A DNA stretch of 64,000 bases from an uncultured Thermococci archaeon (GTDB taxonomy: Archaea; Methanobacteriota_B; Thermococci; Methanofastidiosales; B48-G16): positions 165,309 to 229,308 of the forward strand of contig CAZQQT010000002.1 in the NCBI GenBank assembly GCA_964595645.1, read 5' to 3'. Positions 1-10,165 of this stretch are shown here, piece after piece. The first letter of the stretch is position 1; each line of letters starts with the position of its first letter. Position numbers and translations under genes: made by a program. The notes under the pieces are model-generated. The model was not told the DNA's origin and searched no databases. It was given only the letters and a program-made list of their open reading frames with translations.

Positions 1-2
1 TC

Positions 3-3000
3 GCACCGGCGGGAGAACCCGGCGACACCGTTACTATCTCGTTCGATGTTGCTGCGGGCTGTGACTTTCCCGATGGGAACAGGAGGATTAGCTCCAAAGT
101 CTCATACGAGACGGTCTGCGGCGATCCCGAAGAGAGCCCATTGAGTAGCTCAACGCTTTCGGTGAATGAGCCCAGTATATCGATTGCGAAGGATGGACGC
201 AATGTTACTACAGGACAGACATCCCACACCAATACCGTGAACGCAGAGCCGGGAGATACAGTGGAGTGGCGTATCCGCATCTCAAACAATGGTGCAACAA
301 ACGCGCAGAATGTGGAGTTTTGGGATGTGTTACCGTCGAATATGACCTTTGTGTCAGTTTCTCCTGCTCCTGTAAGCGGGAGTGGGACATCGGGGGATCC
401 GTGGGTACACGGTAATCTGGGTACTGGACAGACAGCGACCTACTATGTAACAGGCACCGTAGATGCCAATGAGTGCACCGATCCTCCGGTGAATAATAGG
501 GCGTGTGTACAGTACGGCTGTGACGATAACCCCACAACACCCGATACCGATCCGTGCAGAGAGCCGCAGAGATGCAATAATGGACGCCTGAGGACGACAT
601 CACAGTTCACCGTTTCGCAGACACTGGGAACGATTACTACCTGTGAGGGTGATATCACTGTGACTGTGCAGAATAATGGCCCTACTGCGTATAACGTGGA
701 GATCACCTCCGATCTTCCCACAGGGTTCGAGTACGATTCCATGATCTCAGGTCCTAATCCCACTCCCGATCCTCCTGCAGACGTAACGCAACCTGTATGG
801 ATCATTGGAAATATGGCAGAAGGACAAATCGTTACTCTCCATTTCAGTATTGTTGCTGACGGCATGAGTTGCGATACAGTAATCCCCAGTGCTAACACCG
901 TATATGTGAATTTTGATAATTACTGTGGTCAAAACTACACACGTTCGAACACTCGCAACGTTACACCGTTAAAACCTGTACTCACCGTGGAAAAAACGCC
1001 GGAAACCCAGGCCAAGGAAGATGGAGGGACGGCGACCTGGACGATCACCGTAGAAAACACCGGGAACTATCAGGCAGGAAATGTCGAAGTCGTCGATGTA
1101 TTAAGCGATAACTTCTCTAACATTGTCGCGAATAACGGTTCTGGTGGGGAAGTTCCATCAATCAGCGATCATACCGTTACCTGGAGCCTCATGAATCCTA
1201 TTTCTGTTGGAGGAACGTGGACTGCTACCCTTTCTGCTGATATCAGCGGAAATCTCGGAATGGATACAGTGACGGCCAATGGCACCTGCGCTATGGGCTG
1301 TGTATACAGCACCACTACCGATGACGCGTATGTCCAGACGATAGAGGGGCTTTTCAAATCACCGAACCTCCAAGAGGCTACCATTGGCGAGGAAATCACC
1401 TTCCACATCTCGTCATCGTACTGGGGCACATCCAGTTATCAAAATGTGCAGATTATCGATACATTACCTACAGGATTGGAATATGTCACCTCTACGTATT
1501 TAGACACCCTCGGACTATCACCTACGCCTTCAGTCGTAGGCCAGACCATTACATGGGATTTAGGTAATTTTACCGGACCCAATACCGTAGATATTACTGT
1601 CACAGCACGAGTGCAGGATATCCCAGGCAATGTGGATGGTGTCACTCTTACCAACTGGGCGCAGACCACCGGAAGCGAGGAGGGAGTGTCCTTTGACTTG
1701 TCAGATAGTGGGGTCGTCGAGATCATCGAGCCTGAATTAACCCTTGGGAAACACGGATCCGCTACCGAAGCACTCCCGGGCGATACGGTACATTACACGC
1801 TCACTATCGAAAATACGGGGACCAGTCCTGCATACGATGTCACTATTGAAGATGTGGTACCATCGGAATTGATTCTCGATGAATCCTCCATTACTTCTGC
1901 CCCAGGAGCAGATTCTGTAACGGTGAGTGACAATACGATTACGTGGGAGTACACCATCATTCCAGTAGACAGTACGGTAACACTGGAGTATGATGTGGAG
2001 ATTCCACTGGAGGGAGGCACCTTCACCAACACCGCGACGATCACCGACTACTCTTCATTACTCGGTGACAGTCAGTACGAGCGACACTATTCCCCTGTTT
2101 CTGATGACTGGACAGTGGTGGTACCGGGTACCGATATCCTCAAGATCACATTAAATACAGCGGTCAATGTTCCCTCACCTGGAGGAACGGTGTACTTCGA
2201 ACTCACCATTGAAAACACGGGGTCAATGAGTCTTAACCCAGTGCAGTTGATTGATACACTCCCGGATGGACTCACGTATATTCCGGGAACAACACTCGTT
2301 GACGGTGTCTCCTACGAGCCAGACACTGTCACTGATAATACGGATGGGACCCAGACACTGACGTGGAATGATATTCAGCCTCCACCAGATCCAATGGATC
2401 CTAGCGATACAATTGAGGTCACGTTTGAGGCGTCGGTGGATCCGAAAAGAGCCGGCACCTTTATCAATAAGGCACGTGTCATTGGCACCTCGAGTATAGG
2501 CGATGTGTCTGACGAGGACGACTCGCCCATCGGCGTCAAGTCATCCGCTATCAGCGTCGTAAAATCAATTAATCCGTCTGTCATCAGTATCGGTCAGACA
2601 GTAGAGGTATGGTTGAGAGTGACTAATACGGGGAAAGTACCGCTGGATCCTGTGGAAGTGGTGGATGAGCTTCCAGTAGGGCTCACTTATGCAGGAGGAG
2701 CATCCGTGTCACCGGATACTGTGACACCGCATTCAGATGGCACGACGACACTCGCATGGAACAATGTTGGGCTGTTGGATGTGGGGGAGAGAACAACGCT
2801 CATCTTCGATGCGGTATTCACCGGAGAGGACCCTCCGGTCACGAATCTCGTTACAGTGACAGGCACGCCACCCAATGGATTTGCAGTTTCCGACGATGAC
2901 ACTGCCCAGGTTACTCCTCCTCTTGGGACAAGTAAAGAGGTATGGAGGATACTCGCCTACAACGGGCTTTATCGGTGTGAGCTATGTAACATCGATGAAT

Positions 3001-3314
3001 TCTATCGAGAAGCACGAGAACTGGGCCTCACGTTCTCCGAAGAACGAAATGAGTGCTGCGAACCAGATGATCTTGTTGAAAAACTTCAGGAAGAGATCGT
3101 TGCGCGTGGGTTGGAGATGGATATACGGTACCAGAAAGCGCTTGAACTTCTTGAATGTTCTCGTCAGTGCTGCGAGGACGCGTTTAACGCGTATGAAACT
3201 AAAGATTACATAAAAGCATACAGAAAAGTCCACGAACGATGCAATGCGCAAAGGGAAGCTCTCAAGCTCATGTTAGATGTTCTTCGGGATGCTGGCTGCG
3301 GATGTTCTCCGTAG
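3..3314 (+). CDS. Large DUF11/Ig-like repeat surface protein, 5'-truncated by the window, with a Cys-rich helical C-terminal domain
   Basis: Frame is open from nt 3 (APAGEPGDTVTISFDV...) into the 141 ORF. Repeated K..PGD.V.Y.I.I.N.G...A..V.I.D.LP modules. Confidence 0.85.
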   Translation, partial: APAGEPGDTVTISFDVAAGCDFPDGNRRISSKVSYETVCGDPEESPLSSSTLSVNEPSISIAKDGRNVTTGQTSHTNTVNAEPGDTVEWRIRISNNGATNAQNVEFWDVLPSNMTFVSVSPAPVSGSGTSGDPWVHGNLGTGQTATYYVTGTVDANECTDPPVNNRACVQYGCDDNPTTPDTDPCREPQRCNNGRLRTTSQFTVSQTLGTITTCEGDITVTVQNNGPTAYNVEITSDLPTGFEYDSMISGPNPTPDPPADVTQPVWIIGNMAEGQIVTLHFSIVADGMSCDTVIPSANTVYVNFDNYCGQNYTRSNTRNVTPLKPVLTVEKTPETQAKEDGGTATWTITVENTGNYQAGNVEVVDVLSDNFSNIVANNGSGGEVPSISDHTVTWSLMNPISVGGTWTATLSADISGNLGMDTVTANGTCAMGCVYSTTTDDAYVQTIEGLFKSPNLQEATIGEEITFHISSSYWGTSSYQNVQIIDTLPTGLEYVTSTYLDTLGLSPTPSVVGQTITWDLGNFTGPNTVDITVTARVQDIPGNVDGVTLTNWAQTTGSEEGVSFDLSDSGVVEIIEPELTLGKHGSATEALPGDTVHYTLTIENTGTSPAYDVTIEDVVPSELILDESSITSAPGADSVTVSDNTITWEYTIIPVDSTVTLEYDVEIPLEGGTFTNTATITDYSSLLGDSQYERHYSPVSDDWTVVVPGTDILKITLNTAVNVPSPGGTVYFELTIENTGSMSLNPVQLIDTLPDGLTYIPGTTLVDGVSYEPDTVTDNTDGTQTLTWNDIQPPPDPMDPSDTIEVTFEASVDPKRAGTFINKARVIGTSSIGDVSDEDDSPIGVKSSAISVVKSINPSVISIGQTVEVWLRVTNTGKVPLDPVEVVDELPVGLTYAGGASVSPDTVTPHSDGTTTLAWNNVGLLDVGERTTLIFDAVFTGEDPPVTNLVTVTGTPPNGFAVSDDDTAQVTPPLGTSKEVWRILAYNGLYRCELCNIDEFYREARELGLTFSEERNECCEPDDLVEKLQEEIVARGLEMDIRYQKALELLECSRQCCEDAFNAYETKDYIKAYRKVHERCNAQREALKLMLDVLRDAGCGCSP

Positions 3315-5708
3315 TCATTTCCTCTCTTTCGGCAGCTCTACAACAAAAATACTTCCACCTTCAGGATTATCCTCTACCCATACATCGCCATCGTGTATTT
3401 CTACTATCTGTTTCACAATTGCTAATCCCAGCCCAGTCCCCTTAACATCGACATTTTTTCTCTCAAACCGCTCAAATATTGCTTCTTTTGCATCATCCGA
3501 AATACCTTCTCCCCTGTCTTTCACTTGCACTCTCCATGAATCGTCGTTGTCTCCTATGGAAATTTCTATTTTGCTCTCTTCCGGAGAGTACTTTATCGCG
3601 TTATCGATGAGATTGAGGAATACATGGGAAAGCATGGGCGTTGCATCAATCGGACATTTTTTGCGGGTGTAATGAAGTGCAATGCTTTTGTTCTGCACCT
3701 TTTTCATGAGCTCTTTTACAACTGTTCCAATTATATCTCCAAGATCCTTCTCCTCAAAATTGCCCTCATATGATCTTTCTTGAAGTTTTGAGTATAAATC
3801 TGCTCTTTTTATTATTTCAAAGATTTTATCCATGCTTTTTTTCATTTTCCCCATGTACTTTTCATTTTCCCCATGGAGATCTTTTTCCATTAGTTCTGCG
3901 TAGCCTTTTATGGCAGTGAGTGGATTTTTGAGGTCGTGGCATAAAATAGAGATAAACAGCTGTCGGAGTTCGGATGCTTTCTTGATTCGTTTCACTAGTC
4001 TCGCATTCTCTATCGCTACAGCTGCCTGTGATGCCAACGTTTCTAACAGTTCTTCATCCTTTTTAGAGAAAGCGTTGATTTCTGTACTCTCAGCATCTAT
4101 TACTCCCAAAATGTGGTTTCTCACGCGGAGAGGTACACAGAGTTCGGATCTTGAATTTTTCAATCCAAAGATATACCTTTCATCTTTTCTTACATCCGGC
4201 ACATTCAACGACTCGCCGGTTCGGGCAACGTATGCAGTGATTCCTTTTTCTCCACACACTGGAATTGTTGTATCCATCTCCGGTTCTTTCAACCCACGAC
4301 ATTCTTTCAGATAAAGTTCTTCTTTTTCCTCTTTCACTAAGAATAAATCAATGTTACCAAAGTTCAGCACCTTTTCTGCCGTATCCAGAACAATGGATGT
4401 AATATTATCGACATTTAGACTTAGACTCATCTCTTTTGAGAGGTTGTGGATTACAGAAAGCTTGTTTTCCATCTCTTTTTGTTGACGCACATCTGTTGTG
4501 GCGGCTACTGTACCCATAAACTTTCCTTTGTCAAATAGTGGCGTGACAGAGACAATCACAGGAATTTTTTTCCCTACCTCCGTGAGCAAAATGGTTTCGT
4601 ATGACGAAGATCTTCCTTCTCTTCTCGTACCACTCTCTTTCGCCACATGATCCTGCTCTTCCTTGGCGATGATTTCTCTCCAGTGTTTTCCTATAATTTC
4701 TCCCTGAGTGTACCCCAGCATTTCAGCGCCCTTTGGATTGATGTATGTACAGTATCCATCTTCATTTTCAACCCATATCCCCTCGTTCAACGAGTTTACA
4801 ATCGTTTCGTGGAACTCCTTCAATGATTCGAGTTCTTCAAAATGTCTCGCATTCTCGATGGCAACCGCTGCCTGTGACGACAACGTCTCCAGCAACTGTT
4901 GATCTTCTTCTGAAAACGCATTAAGTTTTTCCGATTCAGCATCTATTACACCTATAACTTTCCCTTCTGCCTTTAAAGGGACAGAAAGTTCTGATTGTGC
5001 TTCTTCGGTACTTAAGAGATACCTTTCATCTTTTCTTACATCCGGCACATTCAACGACTCGCCGGTTCGGGCAACGTATGCAGTGATTCCTTTCTTATTA
5101 TTTACAGGGATCCTCTCGTATATCTTCCGTTCTTCCCATCCTCGAGAGGCTACCAGATGTAATTCCTCTGTATCTTCATCAAGTAAAAACAGATCAATAT
5201 AATCAAAATTTAACACTTCGTCGGCAGCCTTCACCACGTATTCTGAGATTTTATCCAAGTCCCGCGTGAGTGTTATCTCCCGTGAAAGATCGTATATCGC
5301 CGAGAGTTTCTCTTCGAGTTCTTTCTGGTGTGTGATGTCTTTGAGCACACCGTAATACGCTACTACTTTTCCTTCCTTATCTTTTACGGCGATACAGTCC
5401 TCCCGCACCGTGAATTCGCTTCCGTCTTTTCTGTACAGATTATATTCAAATTTTTTTAAGTATTCTTGTTCTTCTAGTATTTCCATAGCTTTTTTCCGGA
5501 CTTCAGGAGTCACATAGAGGTCTGGAACATCCAATTGGAGAAATTCTTCTTTTTCAAATCCAAATAATTTTAATCCCGCTGGATTTATATCGACTATTTT
5601 GCCGTCGGGCGTTGTAATATATGCAGCATCTGTTAGGGAGTCGAAAAGTTTTTTATATATCTCTCTCGACTGCTGCAATTTCTCTATCCTATCTCCTGTT
5701 TCGCCCAT
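3315..5708 (-). CDS. Cytoplasmic PAS-GAF-PAS-GAF sensor histidine kinase
   Basis: PAS/PAC motifs, two GAF domains (KGITAYVARTGE), H-box CHDLKNPL, N-box NLIDNAIKY, G-boxes DRGEGI and GTGLGL. Confidence 0.95.
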   Translation of the reverse strand: MGETGDRIEKLQQSREIYKKLFDSLTDAAYITTPDGKIVDINPAGLKLFGFEKEEFLQLDVPDLYVTPEVRKKAMEILEEQEYLKKFEYNLYRKDGSEFTVREDCIAVKDKEGKVVAYYGVLKDITHQKELEEKLSAIYDLSREITLTRDLDKISEYVVKAADEVLNFDYIDLFLLDEDTEELHLVASRGWEERKIYERIPVNNKKGITAYVARTGESLNVPDVRKDERYLLSTEEAQSELSVPLKAEGKVIGVIDAESEKLNAFSEEDQQLLETLSSQAAVAIENARHFEELESLKEFHETIVNSLNEGIWVENEDGYCTYINPKGAEMLGYTQGEIIGKHWREIIAKEEQDHVAKESGTRREGRSSSYETILLTEVGKKIPVIVSVTPLFDKGKFMGTVAATTDVRQQKEMENKLSVIHNLSKEMSLSLNVDNITSIVLDTAEKVLNFGNIDLFLVKEEKEELYLKECRGLKEPEMDTTIPVCGEKGITAYVARTGESLNVPDVRKDERYIFGLKNSRSELCVPLRVRNHILGVIDAESTEINAFSKKDEELLETLASQAAVAIENARLVKRIKKASELRQLFISILCHDLKNPLTAIKGYAELMEKDLHGENEKYMGKMKKSMDKIFEIIKRADLYSKLQERSYEGNFEEKDLGDIIGTVVKELMKKVQNKSIALHYTRKKCPIDATPMLSHVFLNLIDNAIKYSPEESKIEISIGDNDDSWRVQVKDRGEGISDDAKEAIFERFERKNVDVKGTGLGLAIVKQIVEIHDGDVWVEDNPEGGSIFVVELPKERK
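4173..5093. repeat. 75-bp identical direct repeat (4173-4247 = 5019-5093) in the two GAF domains
   Basis: Compared by eye; both copies encode KGITAYVARTGESLNVPDVRKDERY. Confidence 0.9.
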
Positions 5709-5970
5709 TAGAGTCCTCTCCTAACCATCGTATTTCTTAATATAAAAAACTTTTTAAATCTTTTTTAACTTTCTTTTAGTTGGGAATATAGAGATAGCAA
5801 CAAGTTGAAGTGTTTGGAGGACGTTTGAGGCTTATCGACTTTTTTTTATAGATGAATACATCATATATTAGATTAGAAGAGAGCTACGCCTTCATGGCAG
5901 GTTCTTTATGGATGTAAAAGAGCCAAAACTATTTAAGGGGTTTACTATAGTATCTATACAGGTGATAGAG

Positions 5971-7824
5971 ATGAGAATATTGCTGATACACAGCGACTAT
6001 ATTGAATATGAAGCGAAAAAAAAGCTTGATTTTGCTGAAGAGATCTCGAAAGAGGAAAAAAAGGATAGAATGGAAGAATGTTTGGTAGTTTTTACTTCCG
6101 TAGAAAAAAAAGATGAGGGCAAAATAGAAAATGTCGTTGAAAAAACGTGTAAAGAGATAAAAAAGACAGCAAAGTTAGTGAATACAGAAAATGTGATGAT
6201 ATACCCATATGTTCACCTTTCATCCACACCTGCATCACCCAAAATTGCCGATAACACAGTCAATAAAATATACAGCAAATTACAGTCGGATCTGCATGTG
6301 AAGAAATCTCCCTTTGGATACTACAAGGCGTTCAAACTTTCCTGCAAGGGCCATCCCCTTTCAGAACTTTCCCGAGAAATTGCAGGGGAAGAAGAGGAAG
6401 AAGAGGTATCTGAGGCATTGAAAGGAGAGGAGGAGATAGAGTCCTCCTGGCATATCCTCACAAAGGAGGGAGAGTTGATCCCTGTGGATCAGTACGATTT
6501 TTCTGGGCAGAAGAATCTGAAGAAGTTCGTGAACTATGAGATCGAGAAACGGAGAGTTGCAGAAAAAGAGCCACCTCATGTGGATCTCATGCAGCGGCTT
6601 GAATTAGTCGATTATGAGCCTGGAAGCGATCCAGGAAATTTACGGTACTACCCTAAAGGAAGATTAATTAAAGGGCTATTGGAGGATTGGGTCAATGAAA
6701 ATGTTGCAGAGTATGGAGGGATGGAGATAGAGGCTCCGATTATGTATGATTTTGAACATCCTTCATTGAAGTCGTATCTCCATCGGTTCCCGGCACGACA
6801 ATATGTAATTAACACCCCAAATAAGCGTGTATTTCTCCGTTTCGCTGCGTGTTTCGGCCAGTTCTTGATGGCACACGATGCAACAATAAGCTATAGGAAC
6901 CTCCCTCTGCGGCTCTACGAGCTGACAAGGTACAGTTTCAGAGTGGAACAGCGGGGAGAGCTCACCGGTCTCAGACGACTGCGGGCTTTCACCATGCCCG
7001 ATTGTCACGCCTTCGTTGAGGATATCGATCAGGCAAAGAAAGAGATGATGGTCCGATTTAACCTGGCGAGAAAGATCCAAGAGGGTGTAGGCTTAGAAAT
7101 ACCAGAAGATTTAGAGCTTGCCCTTCGTGTCACCAAGGATTTCTGGGAGGAACACAATGACTTCGTCGTTGAAATGGTCCAGGATTGGGGCAAACCAGCC
7201 TTATTAGAGATGTGGGACGAACGAATTTTCTACTTCATCTTCAAGTACGAGTGGAACTACGTGGATAACCTGAATAAAGCCTCTGCGTTGACTACGGACC
7301 AGATAGATATTGAAAACGGTGAACGGTATGATATCAGGTTCACTGATAAAAATGGAGAGGAGAACCACCCTATAGTGTTGCATCTCTCGCCCTCGGGTGC
7401 GATAGAGCGGGTGATGTATGCACTTCTGGAAAAAGCGTATAAGGACTCACAACAGGGAACAAAACCCTCTCTACCGTTGTGGCTCTCACCAACTCAAATG
7501 AGGTTTGTTCCTGTGTCTGAGAACCACTTGGACTACATAAAGGAACTCGATGTAGAAGGAGTACGGTACGACATCGATGATAGGGATGAGACGCTTGGAA
7601 AGAAGATTAGAGCTGCGGAAAAAGAGTGGGTACCGTATATTGTTGTAGTAGGAGATAAAGAGATCGAGAGTAACACTCTTTCAGTACGAGTACGAAATGG
7701 TGAGGACAGGGAAATGAAACTGAACGATCTTCTTGAAGAGATCAGGAAAAAGATCGCTGGAAAGCCCTTCAAAAAGCTCCCACTGCCCAAAAAGCTATCA
7801 AAACGACCCATATTCAGGGGATAA
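5971..7824 (+). CDS. thrS: Threonine--tRNA ligase, archaeal type with N-terminal editing domain
   Basis: MRILLIHSD start after a GGTGA RBS; [49 protein letters not shown]. Confidence 0.97.
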   Translation: MRILLIHSDYIEYEAKKKLDFAEEISKEEKKDRMEECLVVFTSVEKKDEGKIENVVEKTCKEIKKTAKLVNTENVMIYPYVHLSSTPASPKIADNTVNKIYSKLQSDLHVKKSPFGYYKAFKLSCKGHPLSELSREIAGEEEEEEVSEALKGEEEIESSWHILTKEGELIPVDQYDFSGQKNLKKFVNYEIEKRRVAEKEPPHVDLMQRLELVDYEPGSDPGNLRYYPKGRLIKGLLEDWVNENVAEYGGMEIEAPIMYDFEHPSLKSYLHRFPARQYVINTPNKRVFLRFAACFGQFLMAHDATISYRNLPLRLYELTRYSFRVEQRGELTGLRRLRAFTMPDCHAFVEDIDQAKKEMMVRFNLARKIQEGVGLEIPEDLELALRVTKDFWEEHNDFVVEMVQDWGKPALLEMWDERIFYFIFKYEWNYVDNLNKASALTTDQIDIENGERYDIRFTDKNGEENHPIVLHLSPSGAIERVMYALLEKAYKDSQQGTKPSLPLWLSPTQMRFVPVSENHLDYIKELDVEGVRYDIDDRDETLGKKIRAAEKEWVPYIVVVGDKEIESNTLSVRVRNGEDREMKLNDLLEEIRKKIAGKPFKKLPLPKKLSKRPIFRG

Positions 7825-7825
7825 C

Positions 7826-8704
7826 ATGTATGAGGAATATAGAGAAGCAGGAGAGATTGTAAAAGCTGTGAAAAAAGAAGTTAAACCACTTTTAAAAGAA
7901 GGAAAACAAGTTCTAGAAATTGCAGAGTCTGTTGAGGACAAAATACATGCCATGGGTGGAGAGATAGCTTTCCCATGTAACATCTCCATCAATGAGGTCG
8001 CTGCCCACTACTCACCTCCCATTTACGATGAGACGATACTCCACGTTGGTGATTATGTGAAGGTAGATATTGGAGCTCATGTGGATGGATATATCGCGGA
8101 TTCTGCTTTTACCGTAAAAATAGGTGAGAAAAAAGATGAACTGATCATGGCGGCAGAAAAGGCGCTAGAAAACGCGATTTCCATGGTAAAGGCGGGAACG
8201 GAAACATCGGCGATCGGTGCGACTATTGAGGAGACCATAGAGCGTTATGGTTATAAACCTATCAAAAACCTGAATGGCCACAAACTCGCGCAGCATGATC
8301 TCCACGCTGGAGTAATAATCCCAAATATCGCGACAGAGGAAAGCTATACATTACAGGAGGGCGAGGTTTTTGCCATTGAACCGTTCTCCACGGATGGTGC
8401 AGGAAGGGTAACAGACGGAAAACAAGTCTTTATATTCCGGTATCTTGGAGATAGACCAATACGTCTGAGTCTCGCTCGGAGGACGCTTGCTGAGATCAAG
8501 AAGAACTACCCTACTCTCCCCTTTGCCGAGCGGTGGCTCTCAAAAAAGATCCGTGGAAGAAAGTTAGATTTTGCGTTAAAAACATTGATGAAGAAAGGGA
8601 TTATCCACAATTACAATGTTCTTCAGGATGAAGATAACGGTGTCGTGGCTCAGGCGGAACATACGGTGATCGTGAAGGAAGATGGATGCGAGATCACCAC
8701 GTGA
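7826..8704 (+). CDS. map: Methionine aminopeptidase type II
   Basis: AFPCNIS, AAHYSP, DIGAHVDGYIADSA, NLNGH, AIEPF, QAEHT; likely start is ATG 7826. Confidence 0.96.
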   Translation: MYEEYREAGEIVKAVKKEVKPLLKEGKQVLEIAESVEDKIHAMGGEIAFPCNISINEVAAHYSPPIYDETILHVGDYVKVDIGAHVDGYIADSAFTVKIGEKKDELIMAAEKALENAISMVKAGTETSAIGATIEETIERYGYKPIKNLNGHKLAQHDLHAGVIIPNIATEESYTLQEGEVFAIEPFSTDGAGRVTDGKQVFIFRYLGDRPIRLSLARRTLAEIKKNYPTLPFAERWLSKKIRGRKLDFALKTLMKKGIIHNYNVLQDEDNGVVAQAEHTVIVKEDGCEITT

Positions 8705-8836
8705 TCTTTTCAAGCAAAAATATGCATACTTAAAGATAGAGGATTCCGTAGAAACACCCTGAAAATCACCTGTGATCTTCCCTATATAACAGAAAACTTT
8801 AAATATAAGGAGTTCGAAACCTGTATAGGTGATAAT

Positions 8837-9040
8837 ATGATATTAGCGAAAGCTCCAGTGGACAAGATGATAAGGAAGGCTGGTGCCGAAAGGGTAAGTG
8901 AAGATGCTGTAGTGACGATGGCCGAGAACTTGGAAAATTTTGGCGTTGAGGTGGCACAGGAAGCCATTGAACTTGCTGACCACGCTGGAAGAAAAACAGT
9001 ACGAGCCGAAGATATCAGACTTGCCCTTGAAAGAATGTAA
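8837..9040 (+). CDS. Archaeal histone (HMf-type)
   Basis: AGAERVSEDA and HAGRKTV..EDI histone-fold motifs; TTTAAATA box and GGTGA RBS upstream. Confidence 0.95.
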   Translation: MILAKAPVDKMIRKAGAERVSEDAVVTMAENLENFGVEVAQEAIELADHAGRKTVRAEDIRLALERM

Positions 9041-9065
9041 TTTTCTTTTCTTTTTTTATTTTTTT
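9041..9065 (+). terminator. Oligo-T archaeal terminator after the histone gene
   Basis: TTTTCTTTTCTTTTTTTATTTTTTT directly after the stop codon. Confidence 0.6.
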
Positions 9066-9151
9066 AGATACGTTCATCATTTCTTTTATGTTCTTTGGAT
9101 TCTCATCCGTAACTCCCATAACTTTTAATAGATAAAAGAGAAGGAGATACC

Positions 9152-10165
9152 ATGGAAAAACGATATGCTGTGTTCTTTTTCGTAGCAATTATTCTACTCA
9201 ATTTCTTAATATTTTATAAGATTTTCACGTCTGTTGCCTATGCGCTTGTCGTTGCGTACTTTCTCCTTCCACTTAACGATTTTTTTGAGAGAATAGTAAA
9301 AAACAGAGGAACAGCCTCCTTTATTACAGTGTTGGTGATACTTGTTCCTGTGGTGGTGATTCTCTTCACCACATTCAACACAGTGGTGAGCGACGTACTT
9401 ACGATTTTGCGAAAACCCGAACTCTTTGTGGATCGTATATCAGCTTTCGAAAGTTATTTAATGAATTACGGAATAGAAATATCCTTTTCTTCCGAAATTA
9501 GTAGATTTATTAAAGAAATCGCGGGTTCCATTAATATAAAAACAACATTTGATCTTCTCAAAGATATTTCCTATGTGACTATTGATTTTCTACTGTTCTT
9601 ATTTTCAGCGTTTTACCTACTGAAGGATGGCAGAAAGCTGAAAAAAGCAATTGATACGTTCATTCCAGTGGAAATAAAGGGGGGCTATCATAAATTAACT
9701 CATGAGTTAGATAATGCTCTACAAGGTCTTTTTTATGGCTACGTTCTTACAGCTGCAATCATGGGCGTAGTAGGTGGCATGATATTCTATATACTGGGGA
9801 CGAGTTTTGATGTCTCCTATCTTGTGAACTACTCAGTACTCCTTGGGTTCTTGATATTTCTATTTGGACTCCTTCCTATCCTTGGCGCACCGATGATTTA
9901 CGGTCCTATCGTGCTGGTGGAACTCTTTACCCGTCCTCTGCTCGCACTCATTATCCTTATTTTGGGGTTGATTGTGCTCACGTACCTTCCCGCCTTTGTG
10001 CTTACACCCTACATCGCCGAAAAGAAGAGTGAAATCCACCCACTGATCATCCTGTTTGGCTTCGTTGCAGGTCCTATCGCCTTCGGGCCTTCTGGATTTG
10101 TGTTGGGACCGGTATTGTTATGTTCATTAGTTGCGTTATACAGGGTGAAAACAAATGAAAACTAA
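9152..10165 (+). CDS. AI-2E (PerM/UPF0118) family transporter
   Basis: FYLLKDG, LLPILG, IHPLIILFGFVAG..FG..GFVLGP; multiple TM segments. Confidence 0.9.
   Translation: MEKRYAVFFFVAIILLNFLIFYKIFTSVAYALVVAYFLLPLNDFFERIVKNRGTASFITVLVILVPVVVILFTTFNTVVSDVLTILRKPELFVDRISAFESYLMNYGIEISFSSEISRFIKEIAGSINIKTTFDLLKDISYVTIDFLLFLFSAFYLLKDGRKLKKAIDTFIPVEIKGGYHKLTHELDNALQGLFYGYVLTAAIMGVVGGMIFYILGTSFDVSYLVNYSVLLGFLIFLFGLLPILGAPMIYGPIVLVELFTRPLLALIILILGLIVLTYLPAFVLTPYIAEKKSEIHPLIILFGFVAGPIAFGPSGFVLGPVLLCSLVALYRVKTNEN

Noticed and set aside
5908-5970. Longer starts given by the track for thrS, map, rlmE, the phosphoesterase and the 47-kb genes
   Set aside because: The extensions run over promoters or upstream genes; downstream ATGs fit RBS position and family N-termini better.
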